A stretch of DNA of 64,000 nucleotides, from IMG/VR virus record IMGVR_UViG_3300005663_000003, positions 1-64,000 of that record. The stretch is one strand, 5' to 3'. This DNA is from a virus. Below the pieces are notes generated by a model. That model saw nothing but the letters and a program-made list of their open reading frames with translations, ran no database searches and had not been told where the DNA came from. The position numbers were made by a program, and so were the translations under genes. Positions 1-9,389 of the stretch are shown one piece after another. Each line of letters starts with the position of its first letter. Within the stretch, counting starts at the first letter, position 1.

Positions 1-1
1 G

Positions 2-196
2 ACCTGCCCGGTCTGTTGCCTCAAGGAACACCCGCGCGTCCCGTGGCCGATCGACAAGTCCTACCGCTGGCGAGCGACCTGCCCGGTGTGCGACTGCCGG
101 ACCGTGGTGCGCAAGACCGATGGGAAGATCGGAGGCCACGCGCTCGCGGTCGGGATCCCGTGTCGCGGGGCCGGGCGCGACCCGGTGAGAAAGTGA
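2..196 (+). CDS. 5'-truncated Cys-rich zinc-finger-like protein
   Basis: Frame 2 reads TCPVCC...TCPVCDCR...GH...PCRG, and its stop overlaps the GTG start of the next ORF at 193. Confidence 0.6.
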   Translation, partial: TCPVCCLKEHPRVPWPIDKSYRWRATCPVCDCRTVVRKTDGKIGGHALAVGIPCRGAGRDPVRK

Positions 197-413
197 CCGG
201 CGACAGGCACCGCCTGCTCATGGTCAGAACTCTAGGCGGTAGCTGGAGACCGCTCGCTCTGCTCGTCGGCGGGACACTCTGTATCGCGTGCAGCGGATAC
301 ATCGACGTCGACATCTTCGGACCGATCCCCTGGTGCGCCCAGCACTTCCTCGAAGAGTTGGATAGGCTCCACGGCTTGGGAGTCCCGACACTCCAGCGGG
401 ACCTGGTCGAGGC

Positions 414-944
414 GTGAGCGACCTCGAACGCCGCCGCGCCATCCGCGCCCTCATGTCAGCCCCCCAGCAGTTCAGCGATGACGAGCTGCGCCGGATCGTC
501 ATGACGATCGACGCCGAGATGATCGCCCGGGTAGGCGAGAAGGTCAGCTATCCGAAGCTGGAGAAGGCAGTCGCCAACCTGTGCCTAGGCGGAGGAGGGC
601 GGCTCACCACCGCCTTCGTCGCCATTGTTGACGGGCCCGGCGGATACCACCTTACCGTCTCCCACCTGCTAGCGATCGAGCCCGGCCTGCTGCTCGCGAA
701 AGGGGCGGGCGAAACGACGATACTAGCCACCCTCGTCGCGCTGCTCGACCTCGGGCGCGGGACCCTCCCAGCTTCCTGGCGGGCTCCCCCGAGCTTCGCG
801 CTCGCTCGGACCTGGGCCAACGCCATCGCCCTCCAGCGCACCGACCCAATGCGCCTCAAGGAGATCGCGAAGAAGGAGAAGCTCTGGAGCTGCACGAACA
901 GACTCGCGTGGCTGATCGACGGCGACCACCTGAGCGTGACGTAG
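414..944 (+). CDS. hypothetical protein
   Basis: 176-aa ORF, GTGA overlap with upstream ORF, GC3-rich codons. Confidence 0.65.
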   Translation: MSDLERRRAIRALMSAPQQFSDDELRRIVMTIDAEMIARVGEKVSYPKLEKAVANLCLGGGGRLTTAFVAIVDGPGGYHLTVSHLLAIEPGLLLAKGAGETTILATLVALLDLGRGTLPASWRAPPSFALARTWANAIALQRTDPMRLKEIAKKEKLWSCTNRLAWLIDGDHLSVT

Positions 945-1249
945 ATGGGAAGCCCGGCCTCCGCTTCTGAGGCGAGAGCGCCTCACCTACCTGGTAGACT
1001 CGGGGGGTGAAGCGAGTCCGCTGGATGCTGCCGTGGCCCCCCTCGACGAACGCGGCGGGCGACAAGGGCCTGGGCCGACCGCCGAAGCTCCACGCTTTCC
1101 GGCTCGACGACCACGAAGTCCAGGCGGCCACGCTCGACTACCACCCCACCCCGCCCGTCTGCGGCTCGAAGCGATGGCGCGGCGCGGCAGGGCCCGAGCT
1201 GACCGGCCCCCGATGCCTCCACTGCCTCGACCACCTTGGCCTGGCTAGC

Positions 1250-1357
1250 ACGGCTGACACGTCTGACACGCCAAGTGAGGCGGCTGACCGTGCTGACACG
1301 GTAGACACGGGCCCCAGCCAGTGACGCGTGATGACACGGCTGACGCGGCTGACCCCT
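1250..1357. repeat. Cluster of (C)TGACACG-like short direct repeats spanning the terminase start; candidate pac/terminase-binding region
   Basis: About nine variants (ctgacacg, ctgacacg, ctgaccg, ctgacacgg, tagacacgg, tgacgcg, tgacacgg, ctgacgcgg, ctgaccc), several with 9-bp spacing. Confidence 0.6.
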
Positions 1358-3225
1358 CGGGTCAGGACGGAGAGGCCCCCCACGCCTCACGGCAGCCCGC
1401 GTGTGAGGCGATCGAGCCGACCGCCGAGGAAGCTGCCCTAGCGATCCTGCCCGCGCTGGAGATGCTCTCGACGCTCGGGGGTCCCTACCCCACCGAGATC
1501 GCGCCCACCTGGCCCCGGCCCGCCGAGGGCGAGCGGCCCATCGACTACCTCACCCCGGTCCAGCTCCAGGTGCTTGGCCTGCTCCTGCGCGGCTACACCC
1601 GCGCCGACATCGCCCGGGACCCGGAGCTGAGGGTGAGCCGCTCGACGGTCCACCGCTGGGAGCACCGGGATGAGAACTTCCGGGCGGCCTACGCCGAGTC
1701 CATGGCCGAGATGCGGAGCGCGACCCGGCCCCTCCTCATCGACGGCTTCCGCAAGGGCGTGATGGAGCTGGTCGACCTGGTCAGCTCGACCTCCGCGAAG
1801 ATCCGTCTGGGCGCGGCGACCCAGCTCACCCGGCTCTATCGCCCCGACGAGGTCGGCGCGGTCACCGCCGGGAACGAGCGCGAGACCGACACCGACGCCG
1901 AATGGATGCGCCGGTTCACGACGAAGGGCGATGCCTTCCTCCCGCACGATACTCAGCTCGCCGCGATCAACTGCCTTGCTCGCTACCTGGTCCTGGTCGC
2001 CGGGGTCCAGTCGGGCAAGACCGACACGGGCGCCATCAACTTCTGGAAGCGGATCGTCATGGAGAACGATCCCACGGCGGTCTACTACCTGGTCGCTCCG
2101 ACGACCGGCATCGGCAAGGTGATGCGCAAGCGGTTCGTGTCTCGCGCGCCGAAGGGCTGGCTCCTGAATCCGTCGGGCAGCGGCCAGGACTTCGAGCGCA
2201 CCTGGAAGCTGAGCAACGGGGCAACCGTCGAGTTCCGCAGCGCGAACAAGCCAGAGAACATCGTGGCCGAGACTCTGTGCGGCGCGTGGCTCGACGAGTT
2301 CACTCTGATGCGCGCGACCGTCTGGCAGGTCAGCCTTCGCGGTCGCCTCGCTGCGACCGGGGGCTGGGTCATCTTTACCGGAACCCCGCGCGGACCAACG
2401 TGGGCCTACGAAGAGGTCTGGCGCCGGACACAGCCTCACGACGATCTATACGACAAGGGCGGCAACTGGGCGGGCTTCACCTGGCACAGCTCGGCGAACC
2501 CGAGGGTGTCGGCCATGGAGGTCGCCGACGCGAAGGCCACTCTCCCGGACGCGTTCTTCCGCCGCGAGTGGCAAGCGAGCTGGGAGGCGTTCCACGGCCA
2601 GGTGTTCCCGGACTTCAGCAAAGCGGCCAACGTCTTCGACTTGACCAAGGTGCTCACGAAGCGGAGCGAGGGCACGCTGTTCGATGCCGGGGTCGACTGG
2701 GGCTACGGTTCCCCGGGCGCGCTCGTCGTCGGCAGGCTCAACGCCGATGCGAGCTGGGACATCGTGCATGAGGTCCACGAAGCGAAGCGGCTCACGGCCT
2801 GGTGGATCGAGCGCTTCAAGGAGGCACACCTGCGGTTCGGCGCGATGACCGGGCGGGGCATCGACACGTTCTGGTGCGACGGCGCCGAGCCCGACCGGAT
2901 CGTAGCGGCGCGCCGGGCGCTGAGGAAGTGGGCGAAGGAGCTGGGGATCCGCGCGCCCCGGGTGCGCCCCGGGAAGAAGGAACGGTATCGGGGAATCCTC
3001 CACGTCGCTAGCCTCTTCAAGCAGAGGCGCGTCCGCATTCACCGTGCCTGCTCCGTGACCATCGCTCAGCTCCAGGGCTACAAGTTCAAGGAGGACCGGG
3101 AGGGCGACGACACCGACGCCATCGAGGAGGGGAACGACCACACGGTCGACGCCCTCCGCTACATGACCTACAGCCGGAAGCGTGCCGACCGGAAGGGCGG
3201 CAACGTGGAGATGGGCTCAGCATAA
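1321..3225 (+). CDS. terL: Terminase large subunit with N-terminal HTH (small-subunit-like) domain
   Basis: Walker A AGVQSGKT, Walker B AWLDE, coupling motif FTGTP, nuclease motifs GVDWG and NDHTVDALRY. N-terminal HTH: YTRADIAR...VSRSTVHRW. Confidence 0.93.
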   Translation: MTRDDTADAADPSGQDGEAPHASRQPACEAIEPTAEEAALAILPALEMLSTLGGPYPTEIAPTWPRPAEGERPIDYLTPVQLQVLGLLLRGYTRADIARDPELRVSRSTVHRWEHRDENFRAAYAESMAEMRSATRPLLIDGFRKGVMELVDLVSSTSAKIRLGAATQLTRLYRPDEVGAVTAGNERETDTDAEWMRRFTTKGDAFLPHDTQLAAINCLARYLVLVAGVQSGKTDTGAINFWKRIVMENDPTAVYYLVAPTTGIGKVMRKRFVSRAPKGWLLNPSGSGQDFERTWKLSNGATVEFRSANKPENIVAETLCGAWLDEFTLMRATVWQVSLRGRLAATGGWVIFTGTPRGPTWAYEEVWRRTQPHDDLYDKGGNWAGFTWHSSANPRVSAMEVADAKATLPDAFFRREWQASWEAFHGQVFPDFSKAANVFDLTKVLTKRSEGTLFDAGVDWGYGSPGALVVGRLNADASWDIVHEVHEAKRLTAWWIERFKEAHLRFGAMTGRGIDTFWCDGAEPDRIVAARRALRKWAKELGIRAPRVRPGKKERYRGILHVASLFKQRRVRIHRACSVTIAQLQGYKFKEDREGDDTDAIEEGNDHTVDALRYMTYSRKRADRKGGNVEMGSA

Positions 3226-3665
3226 GGAGGCGAGATGAACGACGAGGCGAGAGAGACGATTGAGGCTGTGACAGACTGCGAGGACTTCGACAAGGCTTGG
3301 ACTGGCGGACTCAGGGAGAGGACGATCACGAACGCGATAACGGTCAGGGTCGCTGACTGCGACACCGAGAAGGTCCAGGCGGCACTGGAGCAGGTCGCGC
3401 GAATGGGCTGGCTGGAGAGCGCGCGAATGCTGCGAAGAAAACTCAGGGGCTAGCGGACGTGAAGCCACACCACATCGACTGTGGATGCGACGTCTGCCGC
3501 GAGCAGCGGAGGAAGGAAGACAGGCCAACCGCCTGCGACATCTTGAAGGGGGTCGTGGCTGTCGTGACCCTGCCCATCATCCTGCCGCTCGCCTGCCTGC
3601 TCACCGTGCCGCTCATCATCCTGTTCGCGCCACGCCACGATGATCCCTGGCCGTAGGCTTCCATC

Positions 3666-3930
3666 CGTCGGTGTCGGTGTCGGTGTATACACTCTCCAGT
3701 CCTGGCGGGGAGTTCCCGCCTGCTGGAGTCGTCGCGTGCGGCGGCTCACGTCCGGGCCGCTTGAGACTGGCGCTACGCCTTTCGAGGCCAACCAGGTAAC
3801 AAAGGCAAAGACACGTTGCCTTCGGCAACCTTTGCCTTGTCTTAGCCCCGTGGGGGAGGGAGGGGCCGCACCCCTCCAGGTCGTCGGCCCTGGCCGGTGA
3901 CCACTCCCTCTCGGTAAGCTAGACCGGGGA
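3666..3930 (+). ncRNA. Candidate structured RNA or structured leader
   Basis: About 270-nt gap without a credible ORF, filled with consecutive hairpins, two with TTCG-containing loops. Upstream -10-like TAGGCT at 3654-3659. Confidence 0.45.
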
Positions 3931-5139
3931 GCGAAGCGATGAGCCCGAAGCTACTGGCACTGATCGAAGACGCCATCAAGGCAGCCCGAGAGGAGAAGCT
4001 CTCAGCGGCGGTGGCGAAGGACGTCGAGAAGATGCTGAACGCGGGCCACGTCCAGAAGCTCTTGGAGGATGCGCTCCTTCGGGCTCGCCTGATCTTCGAC
4101 ATCGGGCCACCGCTTCCAGAGTCGAGGGCGATGTGACCGGGCCCGAGGAACAGCGATGCCGGGAAGCGTTCAACCACTCGCTGTCCGAGTTGGTCCGCGC
4201 GTTCCACAAGCTCGGGCTGTCTCGCGAGACGCTGGTCCTTTCGCTGTGCGGCAGCGCCTTCGCGCTTCTCAAGCATCCGGGCCCTCACCACGGGGACAAG
4301 GACCGAGAGGACGCGTTCTGATGCAGGAACTCAACGGACTCTGCTACATCGGTGAGCCTCCTAACGGCGAGATGATTCGCATGGCTGACCTGCGGCCTGG
4401 CGACATCTTCCGGTTGATTCCCAGGGACGACCCCGCGATGCCGGTCATCATCGAAGAAGCAGAGAGCGCTCGTAGTTCGGGTCGATGTGTTTCGGAGCAA
4501 TCCACCAACCTCTTCCGCGCCATGGTCAAGCGTGCGCGTCTATACAGGTATGAGCAGGGTGATCCCACGGCCGATGGCAAAGCGCAGTGCTGGGCCGAAG
4601 AGGTGGAGGTGTGACCCAAGGCCGCACCATCTCTGTGGGTCCAGACAAGCCAGCGATCCTGGCCGACCGGCTCGTTCGCAGGCTGCTGAAGGATGGACTG
4701 ATCGAACCAGGCCCAACCCCGAAGGGATTCGAGCGGAAGCGCGCGGCGATCACCGAGTCGCTGGCCGACGAAATCCATCAGGACATACTCGACGCGACGC
4801 TTAGGAGTAAGAGATGAGCATCGAGGTCAGGCTGTTCGAGTGCGGCGAGGAGCTGGAGTTCGCGTCCGAGCGGTTCCCGTGCCGAGTCGAGGCGGGCGAC
4901 GTCATCCAGTTCGACGACGACAACAAACGGATGCAGCTTCGCCGCGTGAGCAGCGTGGTCCACGTCGCCTTCGGTCCAGACGAGGGGCACATCGTCGCGT
5001 TCCTCAAGCCGAAGGGTTGGAAGAAGGCTGAGGATCTGCGAGCCAAGGCCCTCGCCGACGAGCTGCGCAAGGAGGGGTGGGCCGACTCCGTGATACGCTC
5101 TGTGTTCGAGTGCCAAGCGAGGGTGGGGCAGGTCAACGA

Positions 5140-5631
5140 ATGATCCACGAACTCAAGACCTGGCCTGGCCCCTTCGTCGCGTGCGCCGACGGCCTCAAGC
5201 GGTTCGAGATCCGGCGGGCCGACCGTCGTTACGCGATCGGCGACACGCTCGTCCTTCGGGAGTGGGTGCCCACTCCCGACGACCCAACTAGCGAGGGCAT
5301 CTACCCCGGGAGCTTCGGCGTCTTCGCGGTCACCTACATCTGCGAGGGCGGCGCGTCGAGAATCCCGCGCGACCTCGTCGTCATGTCCATCACGGCGATC
5401 CCGATCTTCGCCGTTCCCGCGAAGACGAACCTGGGCAAACGCATCAAGGTTCTCTGCGCCGAGGCGCTGGAGAAGATGGACCCCGAGCAGCGCAAGCAGG
5501 CGCACGGTCGAGCGGCTCAGCTCGCAGTCGAGCGACCCGACGAGGAACCGTGCGACGGGTGCCCGAGCTGTAAGCCAGCGGGTGGCCTCGGTCGTCCTCA
5601 CCTTCCCCCCAGCAGGTTCGAGTTCAATTGA
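5140..5631 (+). CDS. ASCH/DUF3850-domain protein with C-terminal CxxC motif
   Basis: MIHELKTWPGPF...GLKRFEIRRADRRYAIGDTLVLREW is the ASCH/DUF3850 signature. Confidence 0.8.
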   Translation: MIHELKTWPGPFVACADGLKRFEIRRADRRYAIGDTLVLREWVPTPDDPTSEGIYPGSFGVFAVTYICEGGASRIPRDLVVMSITAIPIFAVPAKTNLGKRIKVLCAEALEKMDPEQRKQAHGRAAQLAVERPDEEPCDGCPSCKPAGGLGRPHLPPSRFEFN

Positions 5632-6106
5632 CCAGCAAGCTCACCGAGATGGATCGGCTCGACGAGCTGGCGTCCTGGGCGAAGGACGCGAGCAACATAG
5701 CTGCCCGCGAAGCGCGGAAGCTCCTCGGGGGTGAGGTGAAGCTGGTGGGGATCGCCCCGAGGAAGGGCTGGCGCATGGCCGAGGCGGACAAAGAGAAGCG
5801 CGCCGCGATGCCCGTCGATGAGCAGCGTTACCTGATCTTCGAACGGGTGAGCTGATGCCGCTGGTGATGTTCGCCTGGTGGCTCCTTCGACCTCACGCCT
5901 TCCTCTTTGAGGAACGGCATGGACTTCAACTGACCGTGAGCGCGCGGCGAACTACGATCCGACGCCCGCGCCGGTCCCTCTTCAGTGACCGGCCCTTGAG
6001 GAGGGCCAGGGCCGGACCCCCTCAGATCGAGCGCCACGCGGGGCGCGTCAGTAGAAATGCCGCGAAGCCCCGGGCGCGGCGTTGAAGCGACCTATGTGGA
6101 AACACG

Positions 6107-6138
6107 GGCGCGCCTCACTCTACCGGGGCGCGCCTTTT
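6107..6138 (+). terminator. Intrinsic terminator
   Basis: GGCGCGCCTC-loop-GGGGCGCGCC followed by TTTT. Confidence 0.65.
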
Positions 6139-6193
6139 CCGTTGGTCGTCCCGTCGTGTATGCTGTGAGGGCAACCCAGCCAAGGAGGGACCC

Positions 6194-6517
6194 ATGGCAC
6201 TCGACGGAACCATCACCCGGGTCGGACCCGGACAGGACGTAGGCGACGGCGAGATGCTCGTGGTCGACGTGCAAGGCCCCAGCGAATACGCCAACGCCGA
6301 GGGCGGCGAAGACCCCGTGGCCGGGAACCCGTTCGGCCTGCGCCTCGGCACTCGGGTCGACTCCTGCGATGGCAGGGCGGCCGATCCGGCCAACGGCTAC
6401 GCCAAGCTGGACCCGGCGACGGGGCTGCTTCAGTTCTTCACGGCGGCCGACGTCGAGCAGGCCGACGACGCAGACCTGTCCGCCGACATCTACCGCCTCA
6501 CCCTCCAGGGTCGCTAG
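6194..6517 (+). CDS. Probable head decoration/cement protein
   Basis: Pattern Y..GG..FGL..GY..LD..LLQFF..EQADDADLS..RL..GR resembles small phage head proteins usually found after the capsid gene. Strong AGGAGG RBS, own -10 (TATGCT) and a downstream hairpin. Confidence 0.55.
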   Translation: MALDGTITRVGPGQDVGDGEMLVVDVQGPSEYANAEGGEDPVAGNPFGLRLGTRVDSCDGRAADPANGYAKLDPATGLLQFFTAADVEQADDADLSADIYRLTLQGR

Positions 6518-6820
6518 AGTTGCAGGCGGCGGGAGGGGGCGTGGCGCACAGACGCGTCCCCTCCCCGGTCGGGAGTGAGCGAACGATGTCGGGAACCGTA
6601 GCAAAGGATGCAGGAGTGGGTGGCATGATCATCCTAGAGCCTGGTCACGCGGTCAGGTTCAAAGCCCACGACTACGTTCAGTCCGAAGGCTCGCGCGAGA
6701 TTCTCACGGTGGACTGTATCCACCACGATGCCCTAGGCGTCACGCGAGGAGCACTCAACACGACGCCAGTAGACATCTCGGCGGGGTCCAGGCTTGAGCG
6801 CGTCGCCTCGGGAGTAAACG

Positions 6821-8626
6821 ATGGGCCATGAGTTCGACGCTTTCCACAGTTTCCACGCGCGGCTGCTTGAGGTAGCCGACGGGGACATCGAGGAAGCGAA
6901 GCTCCTGCTCCGAGCCAAGCGTCGAGCGGGCAACGATGCGCGCGGGCTCAACCTCGACAACCTCACCATCAACCACTTCCGCCACTCGCTCACCTTCGGC
7001 AGGTCCGGCAACATCTTCCGGGATGCTCAGCTCCTCAACGATCAGGAGCTACAGATGAATGCGCGGCGCCTCGCCTTCGGAGGCCCGCCCGCCCGCGTGC
7101 GCGAGGAGCACTCCCAGTTCTGCCTCCTCATGTTCCAGGGCTACCAGATTCGATTCCTCGACCGGCACCCCGGCGAGACCCCCGAGGCGTTCGCGAATCG
7201 TCCTCGGAAGACGGCGGTGAACATCACGCGCGTCATCATCAACGCGCTCTCCAAGCTCTACGCCAAGCGACCAGCGCGCAAGCTCGTAGAGTCGACGAGC
7301 GAGCAGGTCAAGCTCGCGTTGGTTGGCAATCAGGAAGCGGGGGTCGAGGGGATTTGGAGCGACGCCTACGACCTTGAGCTGCTGGAGGCTGATCGCTACA
7401 CGCGCCTCGAAGGGACGACCTCGGTGCGCCCCTTCTTCGACCGCGATCATCCCGGGAACATCAAGCTGGTTGTGTTCCATTCCCACCAGCTCAGGATCAT
7501 CCCGAACCCTGCGAAGCCGTGGAAGCCGCTCGCAGTCATCGAACGGCACAAGCCTTTCGAGTCGGAGGGCGCCGTCATCATCTGGACTGCCAAGAGCTTC
7601 CTCCAGCTCAACAGCGATGGCAGCGTGGACCCGAGCAGCGGTCAACACACCATGGGGCGCATCCCCCACACCTTCTTCCTCGACCGCAAGGCAGCCACCG
7701 GATCCTTCTTCGTCGAGGGCCGGGGCCGTGGGCTCTGCGATGCGAACGCGGTCATCAACGCGAAGCTCACCGACTTGAACGAGGTCTATCAATACCAGGG
7801 CTTCGCCGTTCCTGAAATCGTGAACTGGGACGAGGAGGAAGACCTGACCTTGGGCCCCCGGCGCCCCGTCCACTTCAAAGACATCCAAGGTGACCAGCCG
7901 TTCGGCATCGAGTTCAAGGCGCCCCCGCCCATGCTCAAGGAGCTGCGCGCCGAGGTCAACGCCGACATCGAGCAGCAGTTCCGCGCGAACAACGTCCCTC
8001 CCTCGGCGACCGGCGCCGAGATCAATCGGCGGTCCTTGTCGGGCCGCAGCATCCAAGAGTCGATGCGCCCGCTCCTCGAAGACCTCCAGGAACGCGCCCG
8101 GCTGTTCTCCCCCTTCGACGTCGACCTGGCCGACAACGCCTTGAGCGTTCGGGCCGAGCACGACGACGACTTCAACTATGAGCGCGAGAAGGAGAAGCCC
8201 CGGTATCACATCGACTACCAGGAGCCCGACTTCCCACTGGGCACGGACGACCGGGTGAAGTCCGAGAGCCACGACCTGGCCCACGCGATCCGAACCGAAC
8301 CCGAGATTATGATGGAGCGCGACCCCGACCGCTTCCCCACGATCGAGGACGCGCAGAAGGAGCACCAGGCGAACCTCGCCTATCAGCGTCAGAACCCGCT
8401 GGTGCAAGACGGCAGCGCCACCGAGGTCGAGGGCGAGGACTTCTTGGAGTCGCTGCTCAAGGACCACCCGCTGGCCGAGGGTGACCTGACCTGGGTGCGC
8501 GAGGAGCTGGCCGCGCTCCAGGCGCAGGCCGAGGCGGACGAGACGGGGAGCAGCAAGGCCAAGCCCAAGGCCAACGGCAACGGAGACCTGCTCGGGGAGC
8601 TGGCGCGTGGGAAGGTGAAGGCATGA
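6821..8626 (+). CDS. Portal protein (SPP1-like)
   Basis: 601 aa downstream of terminase; motifs NITRVIINALSKLY, HTMGRIPHTFF, INAKLTD..YQGF, LSGRSI. Confidence 0.85.
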   Translation: MGHEFDAFHSFHARLLEVADGDIEEAKLLLRAKRRAGNDARGLNLDNLTINHFRHSLTFGRSGNIFRDAQLLNDQELQMNARRLAFGGPPARVREEHSQFCLLMFQGYQIRFLDRHPGETPEAFANRPRKTAVNITRVIINALSKLYAKRPARKLVESTSEQVKLALVGNQEAGVEGIWSDAYDLELLEADRYTRLEGTTSVRPFFDRDHPGNIKLVVFHSHQLRIIPNPAKPWKPLAVIERHKPFESEGAVIIWTAKSFLQLNSDGSVDPSSGQHTMGRIPHTFFLDRKAATGSFFVEGRGRGLCDANAVINAKLTDLNEVYQYQGFAVPEIVNWDEEEDLTLGPRRPVHFKDIQGDQPFGIEFKAPPPMLKELRAEVNADIEQQFRANNVPPSATGAEINRRSLSGRSIQESMRPLLEDLQERARLFSPFDVDLADNALSVRAEHDDDFNYEREKEKPRYHIDYQEPDFPLGTDDRVKSESHDLAHAIRTEPEIMMERDPDRFPTIEDAQKEHQANLAYQRQNPLVQDGSATEVEGEDFLESLLKDHPLAEGDLTWVREELAALQAQAEADETGSSKAKPKANGNGDLLGELARGKVKA

Positions 8627-9058
8627 GAGAAGGAGAAGGAGTCAGGATTTGGCTCGACGGAAAGCAACTCTATGTGCCCCACCGCGTAGACTGTCATTGG
8701 GCTGTGCGCGGCGCGCTGGGTATCCAGCGCGGCTTAGGTGTGGCGCGAGAACTCGGCGAGACTACCAAGCCAGACGGCGGTGCTCTCTTGTTCCGAGATG
8801 GCTGGGAGTTCAAGCAGGACGAGCGCTACGTGACCGGCGGCCTGGAACTGGCCGCCGAGACGTTGCGCGAATCGGAGGAGCGCGGGCAGCGAGAACCCTG
8901 GCAGGGCGACCCGGACGGATGGAAGCAAGGTTGAGTCGCGAGCGCGCCGCGCTCGTGGTCGCGGTGCTGACCGGCATCGCGATCGTCTGCTTCGTGCTCG
9001 ACGTCGTCCGATCCGCCGGGTAGACTCTTCGACGAAGGCGGGTTCGACTCCCGTTCGT

Positions 9059-9149
9059 TGGCCGAGAGCCGGTGCAATCCGGGTTCGAGTCCCGGGCGTC
9101 CGCAAGGACGATCATGCCAGCGGGGTAGCTGGCGGCCCGGTAACGCCCA
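9059..9149 (+). ncRNA. Circularly permuted tRNA-like RNA (YrlA/Y-RNA-like)
   Basis: Order is T arm (CCGGG TTCGAGT CCCGG), GCAA-capped acceptor-like stem, D-like arm (GCCAGC GGGGTA GCTGGC), all closed by GCCGG/CCGGT plus a bulged-C helix. Confidence 0.55.
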
Positions 9150-9171
9150 GGGGCTTTCACCCCTGGGCGTT
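9142..9171. terminator. Perfect 12-bp hairpin, probable terminator or processing signal
   Basis: AACGCCCAGGGG CTTTCA CCCCTGGGCGTT. Confidence 0.55.
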
Positions 9172-9197
9172 GTCCGTTCCTTGCGGTAGACTCTCGC

Positions 9198-9272
9198 AGC
9201 GCGGTAGAGCAGTCCGGTCAGCTTGCCAGGCTCATAACCTGGACGTCACAGGTTCGAATCCTGTTCGCGCTA
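9198..9272 (+). tRNA. tRNA-Met(CAT), initiator-like; CCA not encoded
   Basis: Acceptor AGCGCGG/TCGCGCT, D arm with A11, anticodon arm CCAGG CTCATAA CCTGG, T arm ACAGG TTCGAAT CCTGT. A -10 TAGACT lies at 9187-9192. Confidence 0.92.
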
Positions 9273-9389
9273 TTCGGTGGGACGGCTTGACCGTCCACCC
9301 TCCGAGGAAGGCCGGGAAGCGCACCGGTTACAGAATCGGAAGGGTCCTGGCGAAACCCCGGGCTCCGAAGCCAACACAAGGAGAGAGCC

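Larger units (their letters stand above)
3235..5855 (+). other. Run of small hypothetical ORFs (3235-3453, 3459-3656, 3939-4136, 4133-4321, 4321-4614, 4611-4817, 4814-5143, 5628-5855)
   Basis: Most are tightly coupled by start/stop overlaps on the + strand. Confidence 0.65.

Noticed and set aside
3467-3480. 14-bp ACACCACATCGACT shared with 10307-10320 near two gene starts
   Set aside because: Short, with unrelated flanks; could be chance, so too weak to call.
5855-6085. 76-aa Arg-rich ORF
   Set aside because: Atypical composition; the only support is a TGATG overlap, so it is left uncalled.
9031-9110. Two additional ordinary tRNA genes, or a tRNA-Sec, suggested by the TTCGA loops
   Set aside because: No D arm or anticodon arm upstream of either T arm, and no TCA anticodon loop.
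9142-9171. REP or IS200/IS605-end-like palindrome
   Set aside because: Single copy, with no TnpA/TnpB/RAYT gene in the window.
9198-9272. tRNA as a prophage attachment site
   Set aside because: Phage genes lie on both sides, and no duplicated 3' end or integrase was seen.
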